Part shown: in pieces, positions 1 to 10,792 of the stretch
Numbering within the stretch: position 1 is the first letter of the stretch
Layout of the letters: each line of letters begins with the position of its first letter
From: Rickettsiales bacterium
Lineage (GTDB): Bacteria; Pseudomonadota; Alphaproteobacteria; Rickettsiales; UBA3002
NCBI GenBank assembly: GCA_049314715.1
Contig: JBMOEL010000001.1
Location: forward strand, 1 to 49,768
Reading direction: 5' to 3'
DNA length: 49,768 nt
Position numbers and translations under genes: made by a program
The notes under the pieces: model-generated
Databases searched by the model: none
What the model saw: only the letters and a program-made list of their open reading frames with translations
Told to the model about the DNA's origin: nothing

Positions 1-302
1 GTGGTGCCCGGCGTTACCTGCCCACCTAAGAGCGAGCACATGAGTTGCTCACCATAACAAATGCCCATGACGGGAATGCCTAGGTCAAATATCGCTTTAT
101 CCACGGTGGGTGAAAAATCCTGATGCACCGAGGCAGGACCGCCTGAGAGAATAATCCCCTTTGCGCCAAACGCCTTAATCTCCGAAAGGGTAATAGTGCA
201 GGGACGAATCTCGCTATAAACGCCCGCTTCGCGCACTCTGCGCGCGATAAGCTGGGTGACTTGTGAGCCGAAATCGAGAATGAGGATAGGTTCGTGATTC
301 AT
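1..302 (-). CDS. guaA: GMP synthase (glutamine-hydrolysing), N-terminal part; the gene continues beyond the window edge
   Basis: The reverse-strand translation from the ATG at 302-300 reads [32 protein letters not shown]...[11 protein letters not shown]...GICYGEQLM. This is the class-I glutamine amidotransferase N-terminus typical of GuaA. Confidence 0.9.
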   Translation of the reverse strand, partial: MNHEPILILDFGSQVTQLIARRVREAGVYSEIRPCTITLSEIKAFGAKGIILSGGPASVHQDFSPTVDKAIFDLGIPVMGICYGEQLMCSLLGGQVTPGT

Positions 303-463
303 AGGCTTGTTCGTTTAGCGTGAAGTGGCTGATATGTATAGCGAGTTTTGAGGATTATCATGACGGGTTCTTGCCACGTGACGTATACGGCCCTGACTAT
401 CCTAACAGCACATCATCACTGTCACTTGAAATCCTCACTCATCCTATGGTTTTGGGTTTTTAA

Positions 464-492
464 CTGAAAATTAGCTTTTTCAGTCGTATAAT
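464..492 (+). promoter_or_regulatory. Candidate sigma-70 promoter for the tad/cpa operon
   Basis: A perfect TATAAT sits at 487-492, with CTGAAA 17 nt upstream at 464-469. This would give a leader of about 125 nt before the cpaB ATG at 622. Motif match only. Confidence 0.3.
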
Positions 493-621
493 CTTGCCTC
501 TATCTGGGTAATGCACATTATTATCCACATAGTTACGCACAGAAGTTTGTGGGGATTCACACACGCTTCTTGTAGAAAAACAACAACGAAGCCCACGATT
601 GGGCACATAATAGAGGTTGGC

Positions 622-1638
622 ATGCGTTTTGGCGGACTTATTTTTGCAATTATCCTTGCGGCAGTGGCCGCGTTCATCGTGCTTTCCATGTCGGGCGGAA
701 ACACTACGCAAGTAGCACAAACGCCTGGTGAAGCACCCCAACAATCTGTGACGACTACCAATGTCATCGTCGCAGCACAACCAATCGTCCCCGGCATGTT
801 GATCACCGATGAAATGCTTGAAGTGCAGCCTTGGCCAGAGCATCTTGTTGTCGAAGGATTCGCCATTGCGGGTAATGACATTGTGAGCGGCATGATATCG
901 CGCGGTAATTTCCAGCCACAAGAGCCGATTTTGAAGAATAAACTGGTCAATAAAGATGACCCGAATTTTATCGCGGGCACCTTGCCTAAAGGCATGCGCA
1001 TGGTGACGATTCAAACCAACGAGACCGACGGCTTGGCGGGATTCGTGTTCCCCGGTGACCGCGTCGATGTCATGTTGACCCATGAAATCGAGGAAGAAAA
1101 ATGGGTGCAGCCCCCAGGTGGCGCAAAAGGCCAGCTTACACAGAGAAATGAAACCAAAAGCTTTACCGAAACGTTATTGACGAATGTGCGTGTATTGGCC
1201 GTAGACCAACGCGCCGCAGGCGGCGTGAAAGAAGATGGCACGATTCCGATTCCACGTTCGGTATCACTCGCTGCATCACCCACCGACGCGCAACGTTTAC
1301 GTTTGGGTGCGAAAATTGGTGCACTTACCTTGACCCTACGTTCGGCCGAGGATGAAGAGTCCGCTGATCCGCTGACTGTGACGGCGTTTAATGATATCTC
1401 ACAATACCAAAAACCTGATGAAACCTCGGCACCAACCAGCGGTATCATCATCGTACGCGGCACCCAGCCAGAAGAATCCACAGGCATGTCCGCGCCGCTT
1501 GACTTGACTGCCCAAATCGCATCTTCTGCCTATGCTTCCGGTTCTTCGGGAGTTGCGCAGGTTGTGCCTGCGGTGGCGGTTAGAGTCAATCCCGGTGAAC
1601 CCCCCGTAAATCAGCCCGCGCCTACGGTCACACAATAG
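622..1638 (+). CDS. cpaB: Flp pilus assembly protein CpaB (RcpC family)
   Basis: The ORF runs 511-1638. I prefer the ATG at 622 because it is preceded by GAGG and is followed by a TM anchor (MRFGGLIFAIILAAVAAFIVL). The protein has a SAF/CpaB-like body (GMRMVTIQTNETDGLAGFVFPGDRVDV...VLAVDQ) and is first in the cpaBCDEF-tadBC order. It ends in a Pro/Ala/Ser-rich tail. Confidence 0.88.
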   Translation: MRFGGLIFAIILAAVAAFIVLSMSGGNTTQVAQTPGEAPQQSVTTTNVIVAAQPIVPGMLITDEMLEVQPWPEHLVVEGFAIAGNDIVSGMISRGNFQPQEPILKNKLVNKDDPNFIAGTLPKGMRMVTIQTNETDGLAGFVFPGDRVDVMLTHEIEEEKWVQPPGGAKGQLTQRNETKSFTETLLTNVRVLAVDQRAAGGVKEDGTIPIPRSVSLAASPTDAQRLRLGAKIGALTLTLRSAEDEESADPLTVTAFNDISQYQKPDETSAPTSGIIIVRGTQPEESTGMSAPLDLTAQIASSAYASGSSGVAQVVPAVAVRVNPGEPPVNQPAPTVTQ

Positions 1639-1659
1639 CCTGAGAGTAAGGGCAAACGA

Positions 1660-3108
1660 ATGGTTCGGTCGCGCCTCGCACGCCTTCTTAGCGCGTGTCT
1701 GATAGTATTGTGCTTAAACATGCTCTCGCATGAAGCCTTTGCTGCGAGCAAACCAGGGACCTTTTACGTACCCATTAATCGCTCTGAATTATTGACCACT
1801 TCCGTGGATATGGGTGAGGTCATCATCACCGACCCCGAAGTGGCGGACGTGTATGTGCATGGGAAAAATAAAGTCTCGGTGATTGGTAAACAAATTGGCC
1901 AGACCACCTTGCGGGTGTTTGATGGCAAGTCGCGCTTGATTCGCAGCGTGGATGTCTATGTCGTTTACGACCTTCCTTCCATTCGTAAAGCGTTGCGTGA
2001 ATTTCTACCGTATGAGCGTATTGGCGTTGAAATGGTGAATACGCGTATTGCGCTAACGGGCGAAGTGTCCAGCGCGGAAACCGCTGCAACCGCGGTCGAA
2101 ATCGCTGAGCAATTTGTGGCGGGTAAATTGACCAAAGACGAAGCAAAGTCGCGCCCTGTTCGTGATGGCAACAGTGAAAGATCGCCCATTTTGAATCTGA
2201 TGAAAATCACGGCGGGTCAGCAGGTCATGCTGCGGATTCGTATCGGCGAAATTCAACGCACCGCGCTTAAAAATCTGGGCGTCAATTTACAAGCCGTCAA
2301 AAATGGCAGTTTGAGTTTTAATATTGGCACGGGCGGCGGCAGGGTTGGCGGTGTGGATGCCACTACAGGACAACGTTCTTTCAAATTCGGTAGCTACCAA
2401 ACCTCTAATACTGCCTTTTCCGGCATTGGTATTCAGCAACAGGGCGGCCAGTACGGTCTTGGCGCATTGATTGAAGCGCTGGAGCAAGACGGATTATTCA
2501 AAGTGCTGGCTGAGCCAAATCTCGTCGCGCTTTCGGGTGAGCAGGCAGAATTTTTGGCGGGCGGTGAGTTCCCTATCCCCGTTCCTCAAAATGGCGATAC
2601 AGTCACCATTCAATATAAGCCGTTCGGCGTCGCACTTAAATTTACGCCTTATGTGCTCAGTGAAAATCGTATCCGCGTTCAGGTGCAGCCAGAAGTATCG
2701 GAAATCAGCAATGAGCGCACCTTCACGACAACGGATGGTTTTGTCGCACCATCGCTCATTACGCGTCGCGCTTCGACCACGGTGGAGCTTGCGCCCGGCG
2801 AAGGTTTCATGATTGCAGGGTTGATTCGTGACACGATGGTATCGCAGATTAATCAATTGCCAGGCGCGGGTGAAATTCCGGTGCTTTCGGCATTGTTCCG
2901 CTCTGCATCTTATCAGCGCAACGAAACCGAACTAGTGATCGCCGTTACGCCATATTTGGTGGACCCAACCAAGGCAGGCGATATTAAATTACCAACCGAT
3001 GATTTTAGACCTGCAAGTTTCATGGAATCAATTTTCTACGGAGCGTTAGGTGCGCCGACCGATGCAACACCCACTGCAGAGGGGCCCGTTGGGTTTATGG
3101 TAGATTGA
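1660..3108 (+). CDS. cpaC: Tad pilus secretin CpaC/RcpA
   Basis: It has a signal peptide (LNMLSHEAFA/AS) and a BON-like N-domain. The C-terminal secretin core reads LAEPNLVALSGEQAEFLAGGEFPIP...PGAGEIPVLSALFRS...ELVIAVTPYLV. Confidence 0.92.
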   Translation: MVRSRLARLLSACLIVLCLNMLSHEAFAASKPGTFYVPINRSELLTTSVDMGEVIITDPEVADVYVHGKNKVSVIGKQIGQTTLRVFDGKSRLIRSVDVYVVYDLPSIRKALREFLPYERIGVEMVNTRIALTGEVSSAETAATAVEIAEQFVAGKLTKDEAKSRPVRDGNSERSPILNLMKITAGQQVMLRIRIGEIQRTALKNLGVNLQAVKNGSLSFNIGTGGGRVGGVDATTGQRSFKFGSYQTSNTAFSGIGIQQQGGQYGLGALIEALEQDGLFKVLAEPNLVALSGEQAEFLAGGEFPIPVPQNGDTVTIQYKPFGVALKFTPYVLSENRIRVQVQPEVSEISNERTFTTTDGFVAPSLITRRASTTVELAPGEGFMIAGLIRDTMVSQINQLPGAGEIPVLSALFRSASYQRNETELVIAVTPYLVDPTKAGDIKLPTDDFRPASFMESIFYGALGAPTDATPTAEGPVGFMVD

Positions 3109-3695
3109 TGCGCGCAATCCTTGCAGCACTGGCCTTGATGACACTTACGGTAAGCGCGTGTGAACGCCCAACGCCACAAGCCTATTTTAATCGTGGCGGC
3201 CCAGAGTCACTGATTGATGTGTCGTCGGAAGTGGTGAATCTCACCATACAAAGCGATTCGGAACTGAATGATTTGTCGGACTGGATTAACCGCGACCAAC
3301 CTACCCGCGCTGAGCTTTATTGCACAGACGGCGACCCGATGTGCGAAGAAGCCAAGCAAGTATTGGATTTATACGGTGTGCCAACCCTACTCGTGCCTTC
3401 GGGTGAACAAACGGTAACGCTTGTCTATGAGCGGATTCTGGCGCGCGATTGTGAACAGCGTTTTATTGATAATGATAACCCCTATAATCTCAATCATGCG
3501 TCGTTTGGTTGTTCAATTGCCGCGAATATCGTGCAGCATGTTCCCAATAAGCAGCAATTTGTGAATCCTAATTTGATGGATTACCCAAGCGCAGAAAAGG
3601 GTGTGCAGGCTTACGAGAATTACCGCAAGCCGCCTGAGGTGCGCGCACCACTCAGCATCGATAATTCACTGACGAGTGCAGCTGGTTCTCAGTAA
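3108..3695 (+). CDS. cpaD: Pilus assembly lipoprotein CpaD
   Basis: It has a lipobox (LTVSA/C). The C-terminal FGCSIAANIVQHV...AEKGVQAYENYRK resembles the CpaD signature. The ATG at 3108 overlaps the cpaC TGA (TGATG); a TTG at 3105 is an alternative start. Confidence 0.75.
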   Translation: MRAILAALALMTLTVSACERPTPQAYFNRGGPESLIDVSSEVVNLTIQSDSELNDLSDWINRDQPTRAELYCTDGDPMCEEAKQVLDLYGVPTLLVPSGEQTVTLVYERILARDCEQRFIDNDNPYNLNHASFGCSIAANIVQHVPNKQQFVNPNLMDYPSAEKGVQAYENYRKPPEVRAPLSIDNSLTSAAGSQ

Positions 3696-3754
3696 TACGT
3701 TGCTCATGCGTAGCGCTTAGGGATAAAGAATAACATTATTGTTTCAGGAGCATC

Positions 3755-4999
3755 ATGAGCGGTTTATTTATTCTGATTAGCGATTCGTCCCTTGAGCCTT
3801 GGGCGCGTGACGTTGCGCAAGCGATGGGCGAGCAAGAGCCTTGGATTATGGTTGGAACGCCCGCTAGTGCCGCCGAAAAAATCGCCAAACACCAGATTGT
3901 ACCCTCGCATATCGTGCTTGAGCTTGGTTCGCGAGGCTCAGACGTATTACCGGAAATTGACAGTTTGGGCGAACAATGCGTAGCGGGCACGCGTGTGGTC
4001 GCGGCTGGCAATACGAATGATATTCAGCTTTACCGAGCACTTGTCTCACGCGGTGTGCTTGATTATCTGCCCATGCCTGCAACTGGCGCTGATATGGTCA
4101 AGGCGCTTTCCGGCCCATCAACATCCACGCCCGCCAATCCGACACCTACCTCCGCACCCACGTCTGCGGCACGTAGTTCGGGCAAAGAAAAACGCGTGAT
4201 TGCCATGATGAGCGCAGCAAGTGGTGACGGGGCGAGCACGCTGGCGCTTAATACAGCCTACGCCATTAGCGAGATTTTCCAAGGCCACACGGTGCTGGTT
4301 GATATGGATTATCAATTCGGCATGGTAGCGAAGAACATCAACTTACAAAGCCAGTATGGTATCAGGGATTTATTCGAGCACCCCGAGCGCGGTATTGATA
4401 CGACGCTCATTCGCCGCATGGCTGCACAATACGGGGATTTACATGTGATTGCTGCGCCAAGTGATTTGCGCTTCTTGCCAACGCTGAGCGCACAAGCCAT
4501 TCCTGAATTGCTAACGATTTTGAAACAATCCTATGACACGATTATTCTCGATTTACCGCATGTATGGCTGCCATGGGTAGCCACTGCCTGCCAATATTCG
4601 ACCCATCAAGTATTAGTGGCGCAATTATGGCTAAAATCCGTGACGCACTCGGCGCGCTTACTCAAAGCATGGCGCGAGCATAATATCCCGATGGATCAGG
4701 TATCGCTCGTCATCAACCGTTCGGGCGCGAAATTCAAAGAGGCGATTGAGCCAAAAGATTTTGAGCGCGTCTGCGGCTTGCCGATTCGTCATATGGTAAC
4801 GAACGATATTAAATCAGTCGTGATGGCGGAAGGCGAAGCTAAAACGATTATGGAACTTCCGCCCAGCAAATTGCGCCATGATATTGAACAATTGGCGCGT
4901 CTGCTATTAGGGCTAAGCCCGCTTACGGATTTGGATGCGGATGAAGGAAAATCAGGTGGCTTCATGGGTGCGTTAGCGCGCTTCACTAAGGGGAATTAG
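3755..4999 (+). CDS. cpaE: CpaE/TadZ-type pilus assembly protein (receiver-like N-domain plus ParA/MinD-like domain)
   Basis: An AGGAG RBS precedes the start. The N-domain is receiver-like, followed by a PTS-rich linker and a MinD/ParA-like domain (RVIAMMSAASGDGASTLALNTAYA...VLVDMDYQFG...IILDLPH). The gene sits between cpaD and cpaF. Confidence 0.85.
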   Translation: MSGLFILISDSSLEPWARDVAQAMGEQEPWIMVGTPASAAEKIAKHQIVPSHIVLELGSRGSDVLPEIDSLGEQCVAGTRVVAAGNTNDIQLYRALVSRGVLDYLPMPATGADMVKALSGPSTSTPANPTPTSAPTSAARSSGKEKRVIAMMSAASGDGASTLALNTAYAISEIFQGHTVLVDMDYQFGMVAKNINLQSQYGIRDLFEHPERGIDTTLIRRMAAQYGDLHVIAAPSDLRFLPTLSAQAIPELLTILKQSYDTIILDLPHVWLPWVATACQYSTHQVLVAQLWLKSVTHSARLLKAWREHNIPMDQVSLVINRSGAKFKEAIEPKDFERVCGLPIRHMVTNDIKSVVMAEGEAKTIMELPPSKLRHDIEQLARLLLGLSPLTDLDADEGKSGGFMGALARFTKGN

Positions 5000-5000
5000 C

Positions 5001-6407
5001 ATGTTTGGTAAAAAACCTCTCGAAGCATCGGCAACCCCCGCAGCAACCCCCGCGCCCGTTTCTTCGACACCTGCCATACCGTTCATGCCTGAGGGTGAGC
5101 ATCATGAACTCTATCGCTATCTTGATGCGAAATTAGAGACCACTGATTACCGCGCTGCTAAGCAAGCCCTGCTGACGGAAATGGTCGATCAAATTGATTT
5201 CCAAGCACTCGAGCGGATGGATTTGGAGCTACGCCGTCGTAAGGTACGCGAGGCTTCAGAGAAGTTATTGCCGAATGTGCCGATTCCACTCACCGCACCG
5301 CAAGTATCGCTCATCAAAGACCAAGCGATGGATGAGATTTTAGGCTTTGGCCCTATCGAGCCGCTACTCAAAGATGCGGACGTGAACGACATCATGATTA
5401 ATACGCATAGACGTATCTATATTGAGCGTCATGGTAAAATTTACCTCACCGATATTACATTTTTGAGTGAAGAACATTTGCTTGGTGTGATTCAGCGTAT
5501 TGTCTCACGCGTTGGCCGTAGAGTCGATGAAGCCAACCCCATGGTCGATGCACGTATGCCCGACGGGTCGCGTTTCAACGCAATTATTCCTCCGCTAGCG
5601 CTAGACGGGGCGCTGGTTTCCATTCGTAAGTTCAAAAAGAATAAACTCTCGCTTGAGCAGTATGTGGATTATGGATCGCTCTCACCGGCGATGGCGAAAT
5701 TCTTGGCGATTTGCGGACGCATACGCATGAACATTATTATCTCGGGCGGTACGGGTTCGGGGAAAACGACGTTGCTGAATGCGCTTTCAGCACATATCGA
5801 GGCTACCGAACGCGTGATTACCATTGAGGATGCGGCGGAGCTACAATTGGTGCAGCCACATGTGCTGCGCTTGGAAACCCGCCCCGCGTCGATTGAGGGC
5901 AAGGGCGAGGTCAATCAACGCCAATTGGTGCGCAACGCCCTTCGTATGCGCCCTGACCGTATCATCCTTGGTGAGATGCGCGGTGACGAGGCAATTGATG
6001 TGCTCTCGGCGATGAATACAGGCCATGATGGTTCCATGGCGACCATTCACGCCAACACACCGCGTGATTGTTTGTCGCGTATTGAAAATCTGGTGGCCAT
6101 GTCTTCGGTCAGTATTGGTGTTAATTCGCTACGCTATCAAATTGCCAGCGCGCTTAATCTGATTGTGCAAATTCAACGTATGCGCGATGGTAAGCGTCGC
6201 ATCGTGCAAATTGAAGAGGTCACGGGGTTTGACTCACAAACCATTCAATCGCAGACACTGTTCCAATACCGCGTCAAAGGTGTGCGTGCGGATGGTACGC
6301 TGGATGGTGAATATGAAGCGATGCCCTTCAAACCACGCATGGCGGAGCAGGCAGAATATTACGGGCTGGTTGACGAACTCATGTCATGCTTCCCGCGTCC
6401 CATATAG
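5001..6407 (+). CDS. cpaF: Tad secretion ATPase CpaF/TadA
   Basis: Walker A is [16 protein letters not shown]. It has an Asp box/Walker B ([12 protein letters not shown]) and a His box ([14 protein letters not shown]), as in VirB11/GspE-family ATPases. Confidence 0.95.
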   Translation: MFGKKPLEASATPAATPAPVSSTPAIPFMPEGEHHELYRYLDAKLETTDYRAAKQALLTEMVDQIDFQALERMDLELRRRKVREASEKLLPNVPIPLTAPQVSLIKDQAMDEILGFGPIEPLLKDADVNDIMINTHRRIYIERHGKIYLTDITFLSEEHLLGVIQRIVSRVGRRVDEANPMVDARMPDGSRFNAIIPPLALDGALVSIRKFKKNKLSLEQYVDYGSLSPAMAKFLAICGRIRMNIIISGGTGSGKTTLLNALSAHIEATERVITIEDAAELQLVQPHVLRLETRPASIEGKGEVNQRQLVRNALRMRPDRIILGEMRGDEAIDVLSAMNTGHDGSMATIHANTPRDCLSRIENLVAMSSVSIGVNSLRYQIASALNLIVQIQRMRDGKRRIVQIEEVTGFDSQTIQSQTLFQYRVKGVRADGTLDGEYEAMPFKPRMAEQAEYYGLVDELMSCFPRPI

Positions 6408-6416
6408 GAGTGTTGG

Positions 6417-7382
6417 TTGGAAGTTTTTCTCTTCGCATTAGGTGTTGGTATTGTGAGCTATATCGCATTCGCGGTGCTGTTTCCCAAAGCAATTCCAAGC
6501 GATGCAAGTGATTATACCAAGCAAGCGCTCGATCGCATTTACCAAGAAACACAAGGCACCAATGATACCGCCACCATTCTCAAAGATCAGCTTCTAGAAG
6601 AATCTGCACTGGTGCGCGCGGTGTTTGGCTGGCGCATCATGCAGCCCATTTATGAAGCGGCCGTGCAGGCGGGCTACCTGCATCAATTGCGCTTTCTCGT
6701 TACCTTGATGCTAGTGGGATTCGGCGTTAGTCTCGCTTTATTCATGGCGCTGGGTATTTCGTTTTTGGCTGCTGTGGTGTTGGCGAGTCTGCTTGGATAT
6801 TATCTGCCCTATCGCCATTGTATGAGTGCCTTACGTAAGCGTAATCGCCAATTTCTTGATCAGTTCCCCGATGCGCTTGATATGATTGTGCGCAGCGTGC
6901 GATCAGGCTTTCCACTCACCTCAGCACTACAAATGTTAGCCGATAATTCGCAACCGCCCGTCAAAGAGGAGTTTCGGCAGGTGGTTGATGAGTTAGGTAT
7001 GGGGCGAAACTTGAATCAAGCGCTGGCGCGGCTTGCCGTGCGCATTAATGAACCCGATATTCGCTTTTTCGTGGTCGTCTTGACGGTTCAGCAAGAAACC
7101 GGTGGTAATTTGGCAGAGATTATCAATAATCTCTCCAGCATCATCCGTAAACGCAAACAACTACGTCACAAAATACGCGCGATGACCTCGGAAGGTCGCG
7201 CCACCGCATGGGTGCTTGGTTTGCTTCCCGTGTTTGTTTTCTGCGCGCTTTATGCCATGCAGCCCGCGTACTTGATGCCGTTTTTTACCGACCCGATTGG
7301 CATGATGATGTTTGGCACAGCCCTTGGTTTGCTTGGCATATGCGTCTTCGTCGTGAAACAGATGATTAACGTGGAGATTTAA
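6417..7382 (+). CDS. tadB: Tad inner-membrane platform protein TadB (T2SS F-like)
   Basis: The TTG start is 6 nt after AGGAG. A GspF-like domain (FPDALDMIVRSVRSGFPLTSAL...) is flanked by TM segments. Confidence 0.85.
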   Translation: MEVFLFALGVGIVSYIAFAVLFPKAIPSDASDYTKQALDRIYQETQGTNDTATILKDQLLEESALVRAVFGWRIMQPIYEAAVQAGYLHQLRFLVTLMLVGFGVSLALFMALGISFLAAVVLASLLGYYLPYRHCMSALRKRNRQFLDQFPDALDMIVRSVRSGFPLTSALQMLADNSQPPVKEEFRQVVDELGMGRNLNQALARLAVRINEPDIRFFVVVLTVQQETGGNLAEIINNLSSIIRKRKQLRHKIRAMTSEGRATAWVLGLLPVFVFCALYAMQPAYLMPFFTDPIGMMMFGTALGLLGICVFVVKQMINVEI

Positions 7383-8329
7383 TGCAACTTCTTGGCGCAG
7401 GGTTGGTGGCATTGGTCGTGTTCTTGAGTTACCTCGCCTTTGACCAATTTTTGGCGAATCGTCGCCGCAAAGATTCGCTCAGGATTCGTATTGCCGCTGA
7501 TGGGACGCGTATTACCGAAGACGCGGAAGGGTCCATCGGGCTTGATAAAGAACTTTCCACGCGCGCTAAAATGCTGGCGGGCGTTTTGCGCATGATGGGC
7601 GTGAATGTCGATGAAGCATCTCGCAAACTGGATGTGCGCTTCGCCCGCGCGGGTAACCCGTCCCCCGACGCGCCAATCTTTTATCTGTTTTTCCAGCGCG
7701 TGGTTAGCATCGTATTGTTGATGCTAGCCCTGACTTTTCTTGCCACGCCAGCGGATGGCTCACGTAAAATTCTATTCATCGTGATGGGATTATTCATCGG
7801 GTTTATCGCGATATTCGGTGCGTATTTCTTTCTACAAAATGCCATTAGCAAGCGTCAGGCACTTCTGATTAGAGCCTTCCCTGACACGCTGGATTTACTG
7901 TTGATTTGCGTGGAATCGGGTCTAGCGCTTGATGCATCGCTCAATCGTGTCTGTGGTGAATTGGGTCGCGCTTTCCCTGAAATGACACAAGAGCTTAATC
8001 GCACCCGCTTGGAACTCGCGCTGCTGAATGACCGCACCAAGGCACTGTCCAATCTTGCGGAGCGCACTGATCTTGTCGCCTTCCGTTCGCTGACTGCAAC
8101 CCTTATTCAATCCGAGCGCTTTGGTACATCCCTTACCGATACGCTCAGAGTATTGTCGGAGGATTTTAGATTACAGCGACTCGCCCGCGCCGAAGAAAAA
8201 GCAGCGCGCTTACCTGTGCTACTCACCATTCCGCTCGTTTTTTTGCTCATGCCCGCCTTCATGCTGATTATTCTTGGTCCAGCCATTATTAGCTTCATGC
8301 GTGATGGTAGCGCTTTAACTGGCGGATGA
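7382..8329 (+). CDS. tadC: Tad inner-membrane platform protein TadC (T2SS F-like)
   Basis: The ATG overlaps the tadB TAA (TAATG). It has a GspF-like domain ([22 protein letters not shown]...) and terminal TM segments. Confidence 0.85.
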   Translation: MQLLGAGLVALVVFLSYLAFDQFLANRRRKDSLRIRIAADGTRITEDAEGSIGLDKELSTRAKMLAGVLRMMGVNVDEASRKLDVRFARAGNPSPDAPIFYLFFQRVVSIVLLMLALTFLATPADGSRKILFIVMGLFIGFIAIFGAYFFLQNAISKRQALLIRAFPDTLDLLLICVESGLALDASLNRVCGELGRAFPEMTQELNRTRLELALLNDRTKALSNLAERTDLVAFRSLTATLIQSERFGTSLTDTLRVLSEDFRLQRLARAEEKAARLPVLLTIPLVFLLMPAFMLIILGPAIISFMRDGSALTGG

Positions 8330-8348
8330 GTTCGCCTATATAAGCGGC

Positions 8349-10397
8349 ATGGCTTCTTCATTACAGGTTGTTTCAGACTATGAACCGCGCGGCGATCAGC
8401 CCACGGCCATTGCGCAGCTTGTGAAGGGTTTGGAAGCGCAGGCGAAAAATCAGGTGCTGTTGGGTGTTACGGGTTCCGGTAAAACCTTCACCATGGCGAA
8501 GGTGATTGAAGCAACCAATCGCCCCGCGCTGATTTTAGCGCATAACAAAACCCTCGCTGCGCAGCTTTACAATGAGATGAAACATTTCTTCCCCAATAAT
8601 GCGGTGGAATATTTTGTTTCCTATTACGATTATTATCAGCCCGAAGCGTATGTTGCGAAAAGCGATACCTATATCGAAAAAGAATCGCAGATTAACGAAC
8701 AGATTGACCGCATGCGCCATAGCGCCACGCGCTCGCTGCTCGAGCGGCGCGATGTCATCGTCGTTGCCTCGGTGAGCTGTATTTACGGCATCGGCTCAGT
8801 CGAGACCTATCTGAGCATGACCAAGAAGTTCAAAATCGGTGACGAGATTTCACAGAAAGAATTACTCGCACTGTTCGTGCAGCTTCTCTACAAGCGCAAT
8901 GACATGGCCTTTGTACGCGGTGCGTTCCGCGTGCGCGGTGATAGTGTTGATATCTTCCCTGCCCACTTGGAAGACCGCGCATGGCGCTTGAGTTTCTTTG
9001 GCGATGAGATTGAAACCATCTATGAATTCGACCCGCTCACGGGCGAGCGTGGCGAGACATTGAGCGAGATTACGCTTTATGCCAACAGCCACTATGTGAC
9101 ACCCAAGCCAACACTTGAGGCGGCCATTAAAGAAATAAAGACAGACTTGAAAGCGCGGCTTGATTGGCTATACGCCAATAACAAATTGCTCGAAGCGCAG
9201 CGATTGGAGCAGCGCACGCAATTTGATTTGGAAATGCTCATGGAAACGGGCATGTGCCGCGGCATCGAGAATTATTCGCGCTATCTTTCCGGCACCGCGC
9301 CAGGCGAACCACCACCCACCTTGTTTCAATATCTACCGCAAAATGCGCTGCTCTTTGTCGATGAATCACACGTAACACTACCGCAAGTGCGCGGCATGTA
9401 TAATGGCGACCAAGCGCGCAAACGCGTCTTGTCGGAGCATGGATTCCGTTTGCCATCGTGTCTGGATAATCGCCCACTCAAATTCGAGGAATGGGACGCG
9501 ATGCGCCCGCAAACTATTTGTGTTTCGGCAACCCCCTCGCCACTGGAATTAGAATGGACGAATGGATTATACGCCGAACAGGTGATTCGCCCGACAGGGC
9601 TTGTTGACCCGCAATGCATCATCAAACCTGTTGGCATGCAGGTGGATGATTTGTTGAGCGAAGTAAAACAACAAGTAAAGCTCGGCCAGCGCACCTTAGT
9701 GACCACACTCACCAAACGCATGGCCGAAGAACTCAGCGAATATATGGACGAGGCGGGCATCAAAGTGCGTTACTTGCATTCGGATATTGATACGCTGGAG
9801 CGCATTCAAATCATTCGCGATTTGCGCGTTGGCGTGTTTGATGTGTTGATTGGCGTGAATCTGCTGCGCGAGGGTTTGGATATTCCCGAATGCGGACTCA
9901 TGGCGATTCTAGATGCCGATAAAGAAGGCTTCCTGCGCAGCAAGACGGCACTTATTCAAACGATTGGGCGTGCGGCACGTAACGTGAACAGTAAGGTGAT
10001 TTTATATGCCGATAAAATGACCGACTCGCTGAAAGGTGCGATTGCCGAGACAGACCGCCGCCGCACCATTCAAGAAGCCTATAATAAAAAACACAACATT
10101 ACGCCGCAATCAGTGAAAGCGTCGCTTTCGGATATTCGCCAGTCGGTCGAGGAGCAGGATTATTTGACCGTCGATGTGAAAGAGTCGGGCCTAGAAGATT
10201 TCACCGGCACATCGCTTGAAACACAAATCGAGAAGCTTAAAAAAGCGATGCTCAAAGCTGCGAATGATTTGGAATTCGAAAAAGCGGCGAGCTTACGCGA
10301 TGAGGTGAAACGCATGGAGTCTATGTTGCTGGAATTACCCGCAACGCCTATTGCAAAAGCGACTGGCAAGGCGCCGAAAGTGCGCAGAAAGTCATAA
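8349..10397 (+). CDS. uvrB: Excinuclease ABC subunit B
   Basis: Motifs seen: [23 protein letters not shown], and a C-terminal UVR domain ([13 protein letters not shown]). Confidence 0.97.
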   Translation: MASSLQVVSDYEPRGDQPTAIAQLVKGLEAQAKNQVLLGVTGSGKTFTMAKVIEATNRPALILAHNKTLAAQLYNEMKHFFPNNAVEYFVSYYDYYQPEAYVAKSDTYIEKESQINEQIDRMRHSATRSLLERRDVIVVASVSCIYGIGSVETYLSMTKKFKIGDEISQKELLALFVQLLYKRNDMAFVRGAFRVRGDSVDIFPAHLEDRAWRLSFFGDEIETIYEFDPLTGERGETLSEITLYANSHYVTPKPTLEAAIKEIKTDLKARLDWLYANNKLLEAQRLEQRTQFDLEMLMETGMCRGIENYSRYLSGTAPGEPPPTLFQYLPQNALLFVDESHVTLPQVRGMYNGDQARKRVLSEHGFRLPSCLDNRPLKFEEWDAMRPQTICVSATPSPLELEWTNGLYAEQVIRPTGLVDPQCIIKPVGMQVDDLLSEVKQQVKLGQRTLVTTLTKRMAEELSEYMDEAGIKVRYLHSDIDTLERIQIIRDLRVGVFDVLIGVNLLREGLDIPECGLMAILDADKEGFLRSKTALIQTIGRAARNVNSKVILYADKMTDSLKGAIAETDRRRTIQEAYNKKHNITPQSVKASLSDIRQSVEEQDYLTVDVKESGLEDFTGTSLETQIEKLKKAMLKAANDLEFEKAASLRDEVKRMESMLLELPATPIAKATGKAPKVRRKS

Positions 10398-10408
10398 CTG
10401 CGCTCTGA

Positions 10409-10792
10409 TTACCGACCCCGATAAGAATTATCTTCATCAATTTCCATGCTTATTGTTCGGCCATCTGGAGTTCTAGTAGGGACTATCGCATTCATGCGAT
10501 CGAGTTCATTTGCGATTTCTGGGTTTTCCGCCAAGTAACGATCCATCGCGGCGCGATTGAAAACGGGCGAACCTGAGCCTATTATATCTCTTTGTATCTC
10601 TACTCCCGCTTGAGACATGGATTCGACAACGCCAGCAGCATTCACCACTACCATACTGCGGTCACGATCAGACAAAACGGTTGTTCCATCAGCACGCACA
10701 CTTGAAAGATCGATAATATTTCCATTAGCACGATTCATTGTACTACGGAATTCTTCGACTGCTTTTTCTATCTCGCCTTCGCGACGCGCCAT
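10409..10792 (-). CDS. Hypothetical soluble protein (no recognisable domain)
   Basis: The open frame is 10409-10834. The ATG at 10792 has GGAG 6 nt upstream, so I prefer it over the ATG at 10834. I saw no TM segment, signal peptide or recognisable motif. Confidence 0.55.
   Translation of the reverse strand: MARREGEIEKAVEEFRSTMNRANGNIIDLSSVRADGTTVLSDRDRSMVVVNAAGVVESMSQAGVEIQRDIIGSGSPVFNRAAMDRYLAENPEIANELDRMNAIVPTRTPDGRTISMEIDEDNSYRGR

Noticed and set aside
303-621. Possible hidden Flp pilin gene upstream of cpaB
   Set aside because: The only ATG-initiated frames are MYSEF*, MVLGF* and a 34-aa His/Cys-rich peptide. None has a G/XXXXEY motif or a hydrophobic pilin core.
511-621. N-terminal extensions offered by the ORF track for cpaB (511), dctA (10848), greA (20482), peroxiredoxin (22000), SDR (31808), phasin (42350), response regulator (46104) and Tim44-like (48525)
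   Set aside because: The extensions lack RBSs, translate to atypical sequence and overlap upstream genes or promoters. Internal starts have Shine-Dalgarno motifs and match the family N-termini.
460-1487. Long reverse-strand ORFs (460-1083, 480-1001, 1011-1487) opposite cpaB
   Set aside because: They are antisense shadows of a well-supported CpaB gene, with Cys/Arg/His-rich nonsense-like translations and no RBS. The same applies to other long shadow ORFs, e.g. 9326-9763, 15166-15645, 16218-16796, 17490-18002, 18953-19438, 20470-21030, 23037-23480, 27146-27667 and 30616-31026.
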